From positions 237,894,001-237,958,000 of the forward strand of contig OZ024742.1 of the NCBI GenBank assembly GCA_964016885.1: DNA of 64,000 nt, given 5' to 3'. The DNA is from Eledone cirrhosa (lineage: Eukaryota). Positions 26,651 through 40,342 of the stretch are shown here, one piece after another; position 1 is the stretch's first letter; each line of letters opens with the position of its first letter. The position numbers and the translations under genes are program-made. The notes below the pieces were generated by a model. That model had not been told where the DNA came from. It saw only the letters and a list, made by a program, of their open reading frames with translations, and did no database searches.

Positions 26651-26793
26651 TAGGAAAAGAGTCAGGACCCCGATGGCTGAGCTCAGCCGCCGGGGTCCTG
26701 ACTCTTTTCCTATTACCCACTCTACTACCCATAGTATCGAGTACTCGGGTGCGTTATGGTCCACCTGGTTCCTTACCACATTTCCTGCGTCAT
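26651..26793 (+). mobile_element. Family A-like mini fold-back insertion (62-bp hairpin plus tail)
   Basis: taggaaaagagtcaggaccccg..ggctgagctcagcc..cggggtcctgactcttttccta then the family A tail; TA tracts on both sides. Confidence 0.85.
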
Positions 26794-26812
26794 ACATATA
26801 TATATATATATA

Positions 26813-28598
26813 CAGGATAACAAGTTATCGTTATAGGCAATCCACTTAGAGGTAGTCCAGTTAGAGTACTCTGTGTTGTGGATGGTATTAACGTATGTCT
26901 TAGTTTGACTCAACAAGACGCTTCCATAGCGATGCAGCGAGTTCACGGTGATTTCTATGTAGGTTATACTTGGAGTAATAATAATTCAAGAGATAAGAGT
27001 AACATGGTTGTCTGTACAATAAGGGCTTTATTAACGGTGCCGACAATTGTTTCTTTGATCTGGTAGGTCTAGAGTTCGCTAATCGCTAGATGTTGCGTCA
27101 ATCGAACTCCAATACTTTGTTTATAACCAGTTAATTCATCAGAGCAAGCGAATGTGAGGGTAATATACAAGGCATGGCTTTTATAGAGGAGTGGTATTAG
27201 ACCAGAAAAATAATATCAATAACAAAATAACTAGACACTTAATAGTTAAATTAATAACATCAATATAAGTGAGAAATAGAATATAATGATAAAATGATAA
27301 AACTAGCATGGTAACCGGAGTGGTATGATACAGATGTATGAAGTTGACATGTGAAAACTACTATAGGTTACTTTAGACGTAGTTTCTGAGGGATGAAAAG
27401 ATAACTAATAAAATGTACCCCTGAAATCCGCATTCTCACACAACCCACCTCAGAACTATAAACATCTTCCAGCCTCTCTACATCTATATCACCAAGATGG
27501 GGCAGTAATATCTACAAACATCTACCAATTATCATGTCAGCCCATAAATCAATCTAGCATTTGCTGTGGTTTATTCTTTCGGACCAAACAATTATATCTA
27601 CATATCTCACATTAGCACCCATGATCTCTAACAGATGAACCTAATTCTAAGTACATTATTCCTTGAAACTCTTATTTTCTTATTTTCTTCTTATTACTAT
27701 AATCATCTTAATGAACCCTTTCCCTAATTTTATTCATCATGTTCTCTATCTATTTACCATGCATATTTTATTGTTGATTTATTGTCTTAATTATACACTA
27801 TATGTCATCGAAGTTGTAAAAACTAAAGCCCCATGATTCGAACTAAGTTAATACAACCAAAATACTTATCTATCAGACCATAAATCAATCTCCGGTTTAT
27901 TGCTAGCGTGTCTTTAGACCCTCAGCTCACTTGTATCTAGATCACTCATAATTGCACTCTGGGTACATTTTATTAGTTATCTCTCCATCCCTCAGAAACT
28001 ACGTCTAAAGTAACCTATAGTAGTTTTCACATGTCAACTTCATACATCTGTATCATATCACTTCGGTTACCATGCTAGTTTTATCATTTTATCATCATAT
28101 TCTATTTCTCAGTTATATTGATGTTATTAATTTAACTATTCAGGGCGGTGGATTGGCAGTATCGGTAGAGGGTCGGACGCCATGCTTTGACGCATAGAGT
28201 TACGGCCCTTGTCATTCTGAGTTCAAATCCCGCCGAGGTTAACTTTGCCTTTCATACTTACAAGGTCGATAAAATAAAGTACCAGTAATGCACTGGGTAA
28301 TTGCTGGCCTTGTGCCAAAAGTAGAAACAATTAATTTAACTATTCAGTATCTAGTTATTTTGTTATTGATATTATTGTTCTGGTCTAATACCACTCCTCT
28401 ATAAAAGCCATGCCTTGTATATTACCCTCACCTTCGCTTGCTCTGATGAATTAACTGGTTATAAACAAAGTATGGGAGTTCGATTGACGCAACATCTAAC
28501 GATTAGCGAACTCTAGACCTACCAGATCAAAGAAACAATTGTCAGCACTGTGAATAAAGCCCTTATTGTACAGACAACCATGTTACTCTTATCTCTTG

Positions 28599-28604
<6 letters not shown>
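26813..28604. mobile_element. Non-coding fold-back element with ~440 bp inverted arms, each with an HHR
   Basis: 26981-27420 is the reverse complement of 27961-28604 once the SINE is removed. HHR 28439-28547: tgct-CTGATGA-82 nt-GAAA-caatt-GTC-agca; mirror copy 27038-27146. Bounded by (TA)n. Confidence 0.82.
28143..28329 (+). mobile_element. SINE inserted in the right arm only, ~17-bp TSD
   Basis: attaatttaactattca at 28126-28142 and 28330-28346; absent from the left arm. Confidence 0.9.
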
Positions 28605-28637
<33 letters not shown>

Positions 28638-28713
28638 CTTATATATTATATATATTCACTTATATATTATGAAATACTGTTGGCTTCACGCTCACAATAA
28701 TTTCTATACTTTC

Positions 28714-28749
<36 letters not shown>

Positions 28750-28959
28750 ACTTCTGCTGAGATTAAAATAAGCATCCTGTATATTATTCAATATATAACA
28801 CGTACATACACGTGTATAAGGCTATGTTAGAGCACTATTGCTAATAATCCTTTTTTAATTGAAGCCGAGCCGGCTAATGCTCTGTATGCAAATGAGTTAC
28901 ATTAGTTCATATACATAAGCACAAAAATCTATAATATTCTAGTTTATTCTAATCTCCAA

Positions 28960-31190
28960 CTAGTGGGACCCGTGGAAATTCCACGGACAAAATAATTAAG
29001 AGGAGCTATTTAAGAAAAAAAGGATTATTTGCATTTCTATTGCATATAAATCTTATTGTTGCTTGTGCAATATATGATACAAAAAACAATCTATACAATA
29101 TTTAATACACATATCATTCTTTAGTAGTTGATTCTATTGAAACTGCAAGATAAATATATAATACCATATTCCTCAACGCGCATTATTTTATCATAATTAC
29201 TTCATAACTTTGCCTTTTATCCTTACGGGGTCGATAAAATAAAGTATTAGTAATACACTGGGATAATTGCTGGCCTTGTGCCAAGAGTAGAAACAATTGT
29301 ATGCAAATAGAAAACGATATAGAGAATATACACACTTTTTATTTACCTGATTAGTTTCAATTCTATTGCAACTTGCAATTTGCTCAGAATTATCTTAATA
29401 GCTGTTTGCATACAATGTGTTTTGTCACAGTTTTATTACATCGCCTTCCTTGCTTATAAGTGTTAATACTTTAATTTTTACATCTGATTGTCTGCGAACT
29501 CTTGAAAAAGCGACATACAATTACTCATGGCTAAATACTGGCTCAGGAAGGAACAAACCCACATTTCGTATGCTTGACCCTGGCTCTTCTTGATTGTCGT
29601 AGCATAAGATAGTTCTAATGGAAACTGGGTTCTTTCCAAAGTAGAAGGGATGTTGGGATCACTGGGAGGTAACTTTAGCCTTGGCATCAAAACAGGTCTG
29701 CCAATCAAAGGACCATTGATATGAGAAACTTCGATAAAATGTTGATGTATTCTCATTACTTCTAATCTTGTGCCATTGCATAATCTGTTCTGAGTTGAAA
29801 TATACCGTAGAAACATTATTAATGATCCTGCTTTTAAGTTTGTGAGGCGGCATCCCGGAAGGTGTAAGCGAGTTCAGAAATTCAGTAGAATATCTGTCCG
29901 CCTCTATAGGCTCATTAGCGACCACTCTATCTGTACTGTAATAATTATGGCTGTTACAGTTGTCTGAGAACCTCTTCATTGATTAATAGACAATCAGCAT
30001 TCTTGGGAGATAAAATGACACGTGTTCTTTTCTCTTGTTGCGTTGTATAGCTGAAAATATGTTTCACTAAACAGACATCTACACATGATAATGGAGGCAC
30101 TTAATCATCTTCATTCATATTCACTCCTTCAATTGGAGGTGTTGTTCCATTACCCGGATGTAGCAGCCGATTCGCAAACTCTCTCTGATCTTCTCTTACT
30201 GACATTATTGCTTAATCTAAAATGCTGAAAGAATTGCCACAGATGGGAGTTTTTAAGGCATATTTCTAATGTGGCTTCACGGGTATTTCTTGGTAATATT
30301 GGCAGCAGTTGCCTGAATCACCTCCCAAAAGCAAAACCTTTCCTCCAAACAATTCCTTGACACCAGTGATGTCTTGAAGGCACTTGTGAATAGCATGAAT
30401 TGCATGGGAAGGAATCATAGAAGCCTCGTCCAGTATTAAGAGATCCAGGTTCCGTAAGTAATTGGCATGGTCAGATGATCTATACATATTACATACACTG
30501 GTCTCTGTTTGTGGAACAGGTAGTTTGAATAAATTGTGCACAGTTCTACCTCCCAGCAGCAGTGTAGATGCTATGTCGGTCCAAGCACCGCAACATACCT
30601 GATAGTTATTCATCTGGAGGTGAAAAATCAGTGTATTGCACAGGTATGTTTTACCACAACCTCCATGTGCATCTGCATAGAAGCAGGTATGTGCAGGCTT
30701 TTCACCTTTTCTTCTCTGTTGAACAGCACCAATTACAGCATCAGCTGTCATTTGCTGCTCTTCAGGAAGAGAATCAATATCAGGGTGGTTGATGTCAACT
30801 TGAGGATCAGGTTGAAGCACCTCAATGGGCTGAGGTAGGGCCAGTCTTGCGCAGTTGGTACCATTTTCAATCAATATTGTGTTAATATAACCAAGTGCTA
30901 TATTTTCAGCTTGCTGACCATCCATTCCTTGATGTAAATAGTTCTCAATCATTGATTCCTTATGTGTGTTCCACAATTGCAGTGCATTTTCTGGCACAGA
31001 ATAAATGCACAGAGAGGCGAACCTCATACGAAGTTGTGTTGGTATGTGGTGGGTGCCAGCTTCTTGCAGAGCTTGGCTTAAATAGTCATCATTTTCAATC
31101 AGACCAAGTCACAAGCAGGTCTCTTTGAAGGTTGGAAGTGTTTCTCCCTCCACTGTTCGTAGTTCTTCAAAACTCTTAGCGCCCGGCACA
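28960..31190 (-). mobile_element. Helitron relic (Pif1-type helicase) with intact 3' terminus
   Basis: GGCGKTYL, GGRTVHNLFKLP, LLILDEASM, FGGKVLLLGGD, TPSGMPPHKL, LCNGTRL, RTQFPLELSYATTIKKSQGQ. Minus-strand end ccgtggaa-t-ttccacgg-gtccca-CTAG|T. Confidence 0.92.
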
Positions 31191-32002
31191 TAATATTATT
31201 ATTAATAATTTAGCGTTAAAAATATATATATTGCCACGAAAAAAGCCATAAAAGATCGTGGAAGATATTTAGGATTCCGTGAGCAGGTTTCCACGAACAA
31301 TTATTAGTTAGGTTCTAAGGAAAATTCCTCAAATAACTGGGACCGAGAATACAGAGGGTACACTGTATACTTTGCAACTTCGGTCGTTATGTATATCTTC
31401 TTACAGACACATACAGTCACACACATATACTAAGACAAACACACACAGACATACATTCAGACAAACAGCCACACATACACTCATACACACACATCTACAC
31501 AATAATTATTACATATTCTATGTATGAGTTACGCGCAAACATACATTCTCACATAAATATAAACACGCAAAAACACATACATACACACACATAAACACTC
31601 TCACATAAATATAAACATGCAAAAACACATACATTCACACACACACACACACACATAAAATCTCACATACTCACACATACTATAACAAAAAAAACAGACA
31701 TACATTCACACTTAGCGTTTCACCCCACCCCCTTCCTTGGTCAGTCATTACATAGATACATAAATAACGTTGCGTTTTAGGGATCGTGTGTGTGTGTACT
31801 TCTGTTCTATGTGTATCTGTTTATGTATTTACGTGTAGATGTGTGTGTGTATGTAACTTACAAAAGCGTAACGTACGTTACGAACGAACGAAACAAACAG
31901 TTATAATATGATGCATGAACGTTTTGTATATTATTCGATGCACAACACGTACACACATGTGTATAACGCCATGCTGGAGCACGAATACTAATAATATATA
32001 TA

Positions 32003-33404
32003 TATATACTATTAAGCTGACGGCCGTAATCAAACTTCCCGCCAAACGGCTGGACCAAACAGCACCAAATTTGCATCGTAGATGTAACTTTTTCCAAGTA
32101 AAAAAGTGAGGGTATTTTTGTCTACTGAATTTTGTTAAAAGTTTAAAGGCATTATTTAAATATTCACTTCTTTAAAATTTCAAATGTCAACACTTCCGGT
32201 TATACGTCATTCCTCACTTTTTCTTATGACGTCGCACAACATTCCCCTCTTTTTCTTAGTCTGTATGTCTGGCTGTCTGCATTATATAACGTTTTTCGAA
32301 ATATTTACTTCTGCGTTCACAGACTGATTTTTTTTAGTTTCAGAAGATCCCGTTAAGGGTGAAAGCAGCGATTCTTTGCTTAAACTTTAATCTATTATTT
32401 TAATATATATATTCGTGTACAGATATTTTTGCATACACAAAAACAAAAACCTATTTATTTCACGAAAGCACAGACGGCTTATCGTCATTGTTACTGTTCG
32501 AGGTTAGAGGACCACAGTCTTTCCAAGATCTGAGAACCATCAATTGCCATCAATGTGCCACTTACCGTTTGACTTGCCAGATGCGTGGTATGTTACACGA
32601 TCACAGCCATTGGCACCTCATCCTGCAAGAAGCAGCAGCAACTGCTAAATTCCCTTCTCAGCTGCAAAAACCTTTTGCTATTATGCTTCACAACTGCGAT
32701 CTCGCCGACCCTCTCGCAATGTGGAACAACCACCGCGAAAGTCTGGTTGAGGATATCCTCCACCGCACACGCAGACACAATCCGAACGTAATATACGATG
32801 TCGTTTTCAATGAGGCGCTCATTTGTCTTGAAAACAGTGTCATGGAGATTGGTGGTAAGCCTCTAAGTCACTACAGCTTACCTGCTCCTGACAGGAGTGT
32901 GCAGAGGTCAAAGTCTACAGAGCTTCTCCGCGAGACGAGCTACGAAATCAGTGATTTTCCCATCGTCAATTGTATGTAGGCTGCTCTAGGGTTAGCTCGC
33001 CAAACAATCTCTTCATATTTGCTCCGGAGGGCCGAACAAAAAATATTGTATACTCTGAGGCTCTAACAATGTAATTTAAATATTTTATGTTACTTGGAAT
33101 TTCCATTATGGTTGTACAAATTATTGTTTGTAAAAAAAATGTTCTCTGTTCAGCGTTTATTGTTGTAATTATCAATTTTGTTTAACGTCAGTACATTAAA
33201 GAAAATTGTTAGTTACATTAATAAAGGCTGCTGAACTGGGGAATCTTAAAAACTATTCAAACCCAACACCAGAGCACGTTAAACCCCCCTCTCCCAGCTG
33301 ACTTGAGAGGGCGTGCGGTATCTTTGCACTAGAGTGTAGGGGGGATTCCTGAAAAGATAAAATGCCGGTATACCTAGCCGAACGCCAGCCGGACGGGCCA
33401 TGTA
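32003..33404 (+). mobile_element. Internally deleted Helitron
   Basis: ORF 32488-32979 VRGPQSFQDLRT..W..ILQEAA..DPLAMWNNHRESL is joined to QLYVGCSRV..TKNIVYSEAL (32967-33070). The 3' end is a GC-rich hairpin-like segment then GTAG|T. Confidence 0.8.
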
Positions 33405-33417
33405 GTATATATATATA

Positions 33418-33575
33418 TGTAAAAGGTAAACAGAAACAACAACACAATCGGTACAGTATATGGAAGGGATATATTAGGTTAACGCTTGATATAGCAGGAA
33501 GAGGGTCTTAACTTTTCGGACGCTAGCCTTCATCAGAAGAAAAAATGAGAAATAAGATAGATTGAGAGGACGGGA
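33418..33575 (-). mobile_element. Family C HHR mini-element (other copies 34577-34740 + and 60885-61048 +)
   Basis: Shared ~160 bp ending ..gtttaccttttaca-(TA)n. Core tctt-CTGATGA-a ggac tagc gtcc-GAAA-c-GTT-aaga is a consensus of the three copies (33506-33540, 34617-34651, 60924-60960). Confidence 0.75.
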
Positions 33576-33982
33576 GGGTTGCAATTGGAAAAAATGTCTT
33601 TATATATTATTTATTATAATAATCGTCATTGTTTCTTCTTTAGGCACAATACCTTGAAGAGAAGGGGGTGGGGCAGTGGATTAAATCGACTCCAGTACAT
33701 TGCTGGTGCTTTATTTTATCCCAATGTATTACTGGTACTTTATTTTATCGACCCCGTAAGGATGAAAGGCAAAGTTAGCCTCGGCGGGATAATAGTAATA
33801 AACGAAAGACATATACTTTATATCATCTCTATTTATTTCATTATATATATTTCGAAGATGTAAAGTTTTATGTATAACATAAAGCAAAACATGTCCTCCT
33901 AAGATAAAATACATAGAAAATGTATAATCTTATTCCTGATATGCTGGTAGACAAACGAGCTGGACAGATGGGTAACCACCAA

Positions 33983-34021
<39 letters not shown>

Positions 34022-34070
34022 GATTAAATCTTAACCATCTACCATGTCAGGGTATGTCATGCATCATTTT

Positions 34071-34135
34071 ATTTTATCTGATGAGGGCGTACTGTTGAAC
34101 TTAATTCAGTACCTCTGAAATATGTATAATAAAAT
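34071..34135 (+). ncRNA. Family B-like HHR in a ~165 bp insert between (TA)n tracts
   Basis: attttat-CTGATGA-gggc gtactg..cagtac ctct-GAAA-tatgt-ATA-ataaaat. Confidence 0.75.
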
Positions 34136-34763
34136 ATAATTGATCACGAGAATATCTATTTTCTTAATATTTGGAATTAATATTATATATATATATATTG
34201 AGGGCGGCCGACCAGGGTAGGAGATTGCTGAATGTTCGGTCGTCCTCATGACTCTGATTTTTCAGAGATGGATTTTGTCTATTGTATACCTTTGTTATAG
34301 TTCAAATACCTGATGATATCACCGGATTCATACTGAACCCGGTCATTTAAATTATCATAGTATAATAAACCTTTCAAGGAAGTACACCAGTCCAGCCTCC
34401 TGTCATTTTATAATAATTAAATCCGTACTCGCACCACGAACTACACAAACGAAGACGGGTGAGTTGCATTACGTTGAGTGCTTTCATAATATTACATCGA
34501 GGTTGACCATACGGAATGACCAGTTCTTTCTAGTGGTAAACCAACAAACCTAAATATATATATATATATATATATATGCCGCCCGTCTCCTCAATCTATC
34601 TTATTTCTCGTTCTTTGTTCTGGTGAAGGACTAGCGTCCGAAACGTTAAGACCCGCTTCCTGTTATATCAAGCGTTAACCTAATATATCCCTTCCATATA
34701 CTGCACCGATTGTGTTGTTATTTCTGTTTACCTTCTACATACACATATATATATATATATATA

Positions 34764-36319
<1,556 letters not shown>

Positions 36320-36520
36320 TTTCAAAAACTCAGAAGATTCAGGAATTAATATATAACATCTCTGCGGGACACCTACTGCATTGAGGTTTTAATCAACAGG
36401 CAAAGTAGTTAAACTACTCCAGTTAATAAAATTAATACTACTATTATGTATAATATATATAAATAATTTGTGTGTATGTATCTGTCTGTTTTTGTATTAG
36501 TATATATATATATTTAGTAA

Positions 36521-36637
36521 AGGCGCGTGGCGTAGTGGTAAGAGAACTGGATTTGCAATCGTGAGGTTGTGAGTTCGATTCCTGGACATGGCGATGCGTC
36601 ATGTCCTTGAGGAAGACACTTTATTTCACGTTGCTCC
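36521..36637 (+). mobile_element. tRNA-derived SINE head
   Basis: A box tggcgtagtgg, B box gagttcgattcc, continuing into gtccttgaggaagacactttatttcacgttgctcc; no clean acceptor stem. Confidence 0.7.
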
Positions 36638-36807
36638 TTCTACCTGGAGTTGAGATCGATATATAGTATTAGCAATTAGAAAGACCAAGGAAATACTGTT
36701 TTCTCGGTCCGATTTGGCGAAAGTCGTTCGACTGTCGATATATATATATATATCTATATATATATATTCATATATACAGATTTATCCTGATTTTACACAC
36801 ACATATG

Positions 36808-36851
<44 letters not shown>

Positions 36852-36879
36852 TATATATTATATATATATAAGTATGTAT

Positions 36880-38252
36880 ACGTACATACATATATGTATA
36901 CAGACGTACAGTAGTATGTATATATATATAGTATGTATATATATATAGTATGTATATATATATATACATACATGCACACATATATATATATATATATATA
37001 TATACGTATGGATTCACCGAACATTTATTATAATGCTCGGTGTGTTTGTAAACAAACATCCCGTATTAAGCCATAGTGTCTAGCAACCATCGTTGCTCGT
37101 TTATTCAACAAAGGAACGCTGTACTAGTTTCAGGCTTATAAGCTATCGTCAGCAACGTATACCTTCCTGCCAGATTGTTGAACGTATATACTTACCTTAT
37201 GCATATTAACGGCTGAGTAGCCCAATTTGCATATCGAGTAGGTTAATCGGCCGGGTGCACCGAAACGATAAACGGAAAAAATGAAACGAAATTTCATTTC
37301 CCATTCTTAGTACGGCTGTTACTTAAATATAAGTATGTACACCTACATACATATATGTATACAGACGTACAGTGGTATGTATATATATATATATACATGC
37401 ACACATATATATATGTACGTATGGATTCACCGAACATTTATTATAATGCTCGGTGTGTTTGTAAACAAACATCCTGTATTAAGCCGTAGTGTCTAGCAAC
37501 CATCGTTGCTCGTCAGGTATACGTTGCTGAGGATAGCTAATAAGTTTGAAACTAGTACAGCGTTCCTTTGTCAGTGTTGAACAAACGAGCAACGATGGTT
37601 ACTAGACACTACGGCTTAATACAGGATGTTTGTTTACAAACACACCGAGCATTATAATAAATGTTCGGTGAATCGATACGTACATATATATATATATATG
37701 TGTGCATGTATGTATATATATATACATACTACTGTACGTCTGTATACATATATGTATGTAGGTGTACATACTTATATTTAAGTAACAGCCATACTAAGAG
37801 TGGGAAATGAAATTTCGTTTCATTTTTTCCGTTTATCGTTTTCGGTGCACCCGGCCGATTAACCCACTCGATATGCAAATTGGGCTACTCAGCTGTTAAT
37901 ATGCATAAGGTAAGTATATACGTTCAACAATCTGGCAGGAAGGTATACGTTGCTGACGATAGCTAATAAGCTTGAAACTAGTACAGCGTTCCTTTGTCAG
38001 TGTTGAACAAATGCGCAACGATGGTTGCTAGACACTACGGCTTAATACGGGATGTTTGTTTACAAACACACCAAGCATTATAATAAATGTTCGGTGAATC
38101 CATACGTACATATATATATGTGTGCATGTATGTATGTATATATACATACTACTGTACGTCTGTATACATATATGTACCCGTATGTACGTGTACATACTTA
38201 CAACCGTACTAAGAGTGAGAGTGGGAAATGAAATTTCGTTTCATTTTTTACG
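36880..38252. mobile_element. Retrozyme-like tandem and inverted array of a ~420 bp HHR-containing unit
   Basis: HHRs at 37116-37158 (-), 37521-37563 (+) and 37947-37989 (+): acgttg-CTGA(C/G)GA-t agct aata ag(c/t)t t-GAAA-cta-GTA-cagcgt. Period 426 bp (+ arm) and 413 bp (- arm); polarity flips at ~37513. Confidence 0.8.
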
Positions 38253-38361
<109 letters not shown>

Positions 38362-38625
38362 TATATACAGATTTATCATGATTTTACACACACACACACA
38401 TACGTATATATAACTATATATATATATATATATGAGTTTGATATTTAGCTATGAGACAGAGAAAGAAAGACGGTGAGTGCTAAGTGCACTATAAATAAAT
38501 AAATGGGAACACGATTTTCCCATCATTTTCATCAGGTGAGAACATCAATAATTCAAACCCATTTGAACTCGAGAGAGAGAGAGGGGGGAGGCATAGAGAC
38601 GGAAAGAGAGAGTGAGTGAGTGAGA

Positions 38626-38697
<72 letters not shown>

Positions 38698-39029
38698 TTA
38701 GAGGGAGCTACCTATCTAGTTTCGAAAAATTCCTTGTTTGTGTGTTCGCGATATTCGACTTTACAGCAGCAGAAAGTGATACACAGGAACTAAAGAGAGT
38801 AGTCTGGTAATGGAGACACAAGTTCAGCTTGGATGACAGAATATATAGAATGACAGGCAATGCAAGATTATTAAAGCATTCTACTATCCCTTTTCTCTCA
38901 TTCACCTATTCTTGTTCACCTGAAATCATTAAATGTTCGCCACATGCTAGAAATAAGCCAAACATAACGTTACTGTAACGTTGTACGTGAGCACAAACAG
39001 GAAACAAAAAATGTAGTTGTATATGTATG

Positions 39030-39072
<43 letters not shown>

Positions 39073-39227
39073 ATATATATATATATATATATACATACAT
39101 ACATATATTTACTGTTGTATATGTATGTATATATGTATATACATATGTACACACACACATATATATATATATATTTATTTATTTATATATATATATATTT
39201 ATTTATTTATATATATATATATATATC

Positions 39228-39472
<245 letters not shown>

Positions 39473-39497
39473 ATATATATATATGTACGTATGTATG

Positions 39498-39534
<37 letters not shown>

Positions 39535-39773
39535 AGTGAGAGAATCAATCTATATGCATTCAAATGCAATCGTTCGATTGATATCTCATTAATTTGATTG
39601 CATTACCTATGAATCCTCGACTGGAATATAATTTACCATATCATCACTACCTCACCTTTTCTTAATTTCTCCTCCCTCATCTCTATTCGTCTATCTATGT
39701 ATCTCTCTCTCTCTTATTTACCTCTCTATCCATCTACCTATCTATTTATCTATCTTGTTATATATATATATAT

Positions 39774-39828
39774 GAACGAGTAGGACCCCGACGGCTGAGC
39801 TCAAGCCGTTTCGACGGCTAATTCTGGA
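39774..39828 (-). mobile_element. 55-bp tail-less terminus of family A pLTR in (TA)n
   Basis: gaacgagtaggaccccgacggctgagctcaagccgtttcgacggctaattctgga matches 23158-23212. Confidence 0.85.
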
Positions 39829-39842
39829 TATATATATATATA

Positions 39843-39873
<31 letters not shown>

Positions 39874-40342
39874 ATGTGTGTGCGTGTGTGTGCATGTGTG
39901 CGCGTGTGATTGTGTGTTTGTATAATTTATCTATATAGCTATATATACCAAACTATCTACGCATCTATATGTATTTAGCTATCTACCTATAACTTGACTC
40001 AAATACACATATTTGACTAGCAAAGCACAAAATCACATATATATACACACACATATCAACCGACATGGACATAGGTTAATTTAAATAATGTGAAAATAGC
40101 CCGGTATGGTAAATTGCATGTATCTACCTGTTGCCTCGCTCTACATACCTGTCTACTAAAGCACAAAGTCAGATATATAAACATAAACATAAACATACCA
40201 ATATACACATTCATGGACTCAGAATATATTTCTTTTTAATGTGAAAATCTGCCGGTAATATAATTTGGAATCATAGCTACTAATGTCAGCTGTGTGGAAA
40301 TTAATCTCAAGTCATGATACTGATGATGATAATGATTATAAT

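Noticed and set aside
36521-36595. Possible tRNA gene
   Set aside because: A and B boxes are present but the acceptor stem does not pair and the sequence continues into a SINE body.
37873-37880. Octamer ATGCAAAT in the retrozyme-like unit as an internal promoter element
   Set aside because: It is a single 8-mer in AT-rich DNA with no recognisable PSE, TATA or A/B box beside it.
38760-38812. Possible 40-nt exon (ctttacag|..CTG|gtaatg)
   Set aside because: Such splice-like motifs arise by chance in 64 kb, and there is no homology or partner exon.
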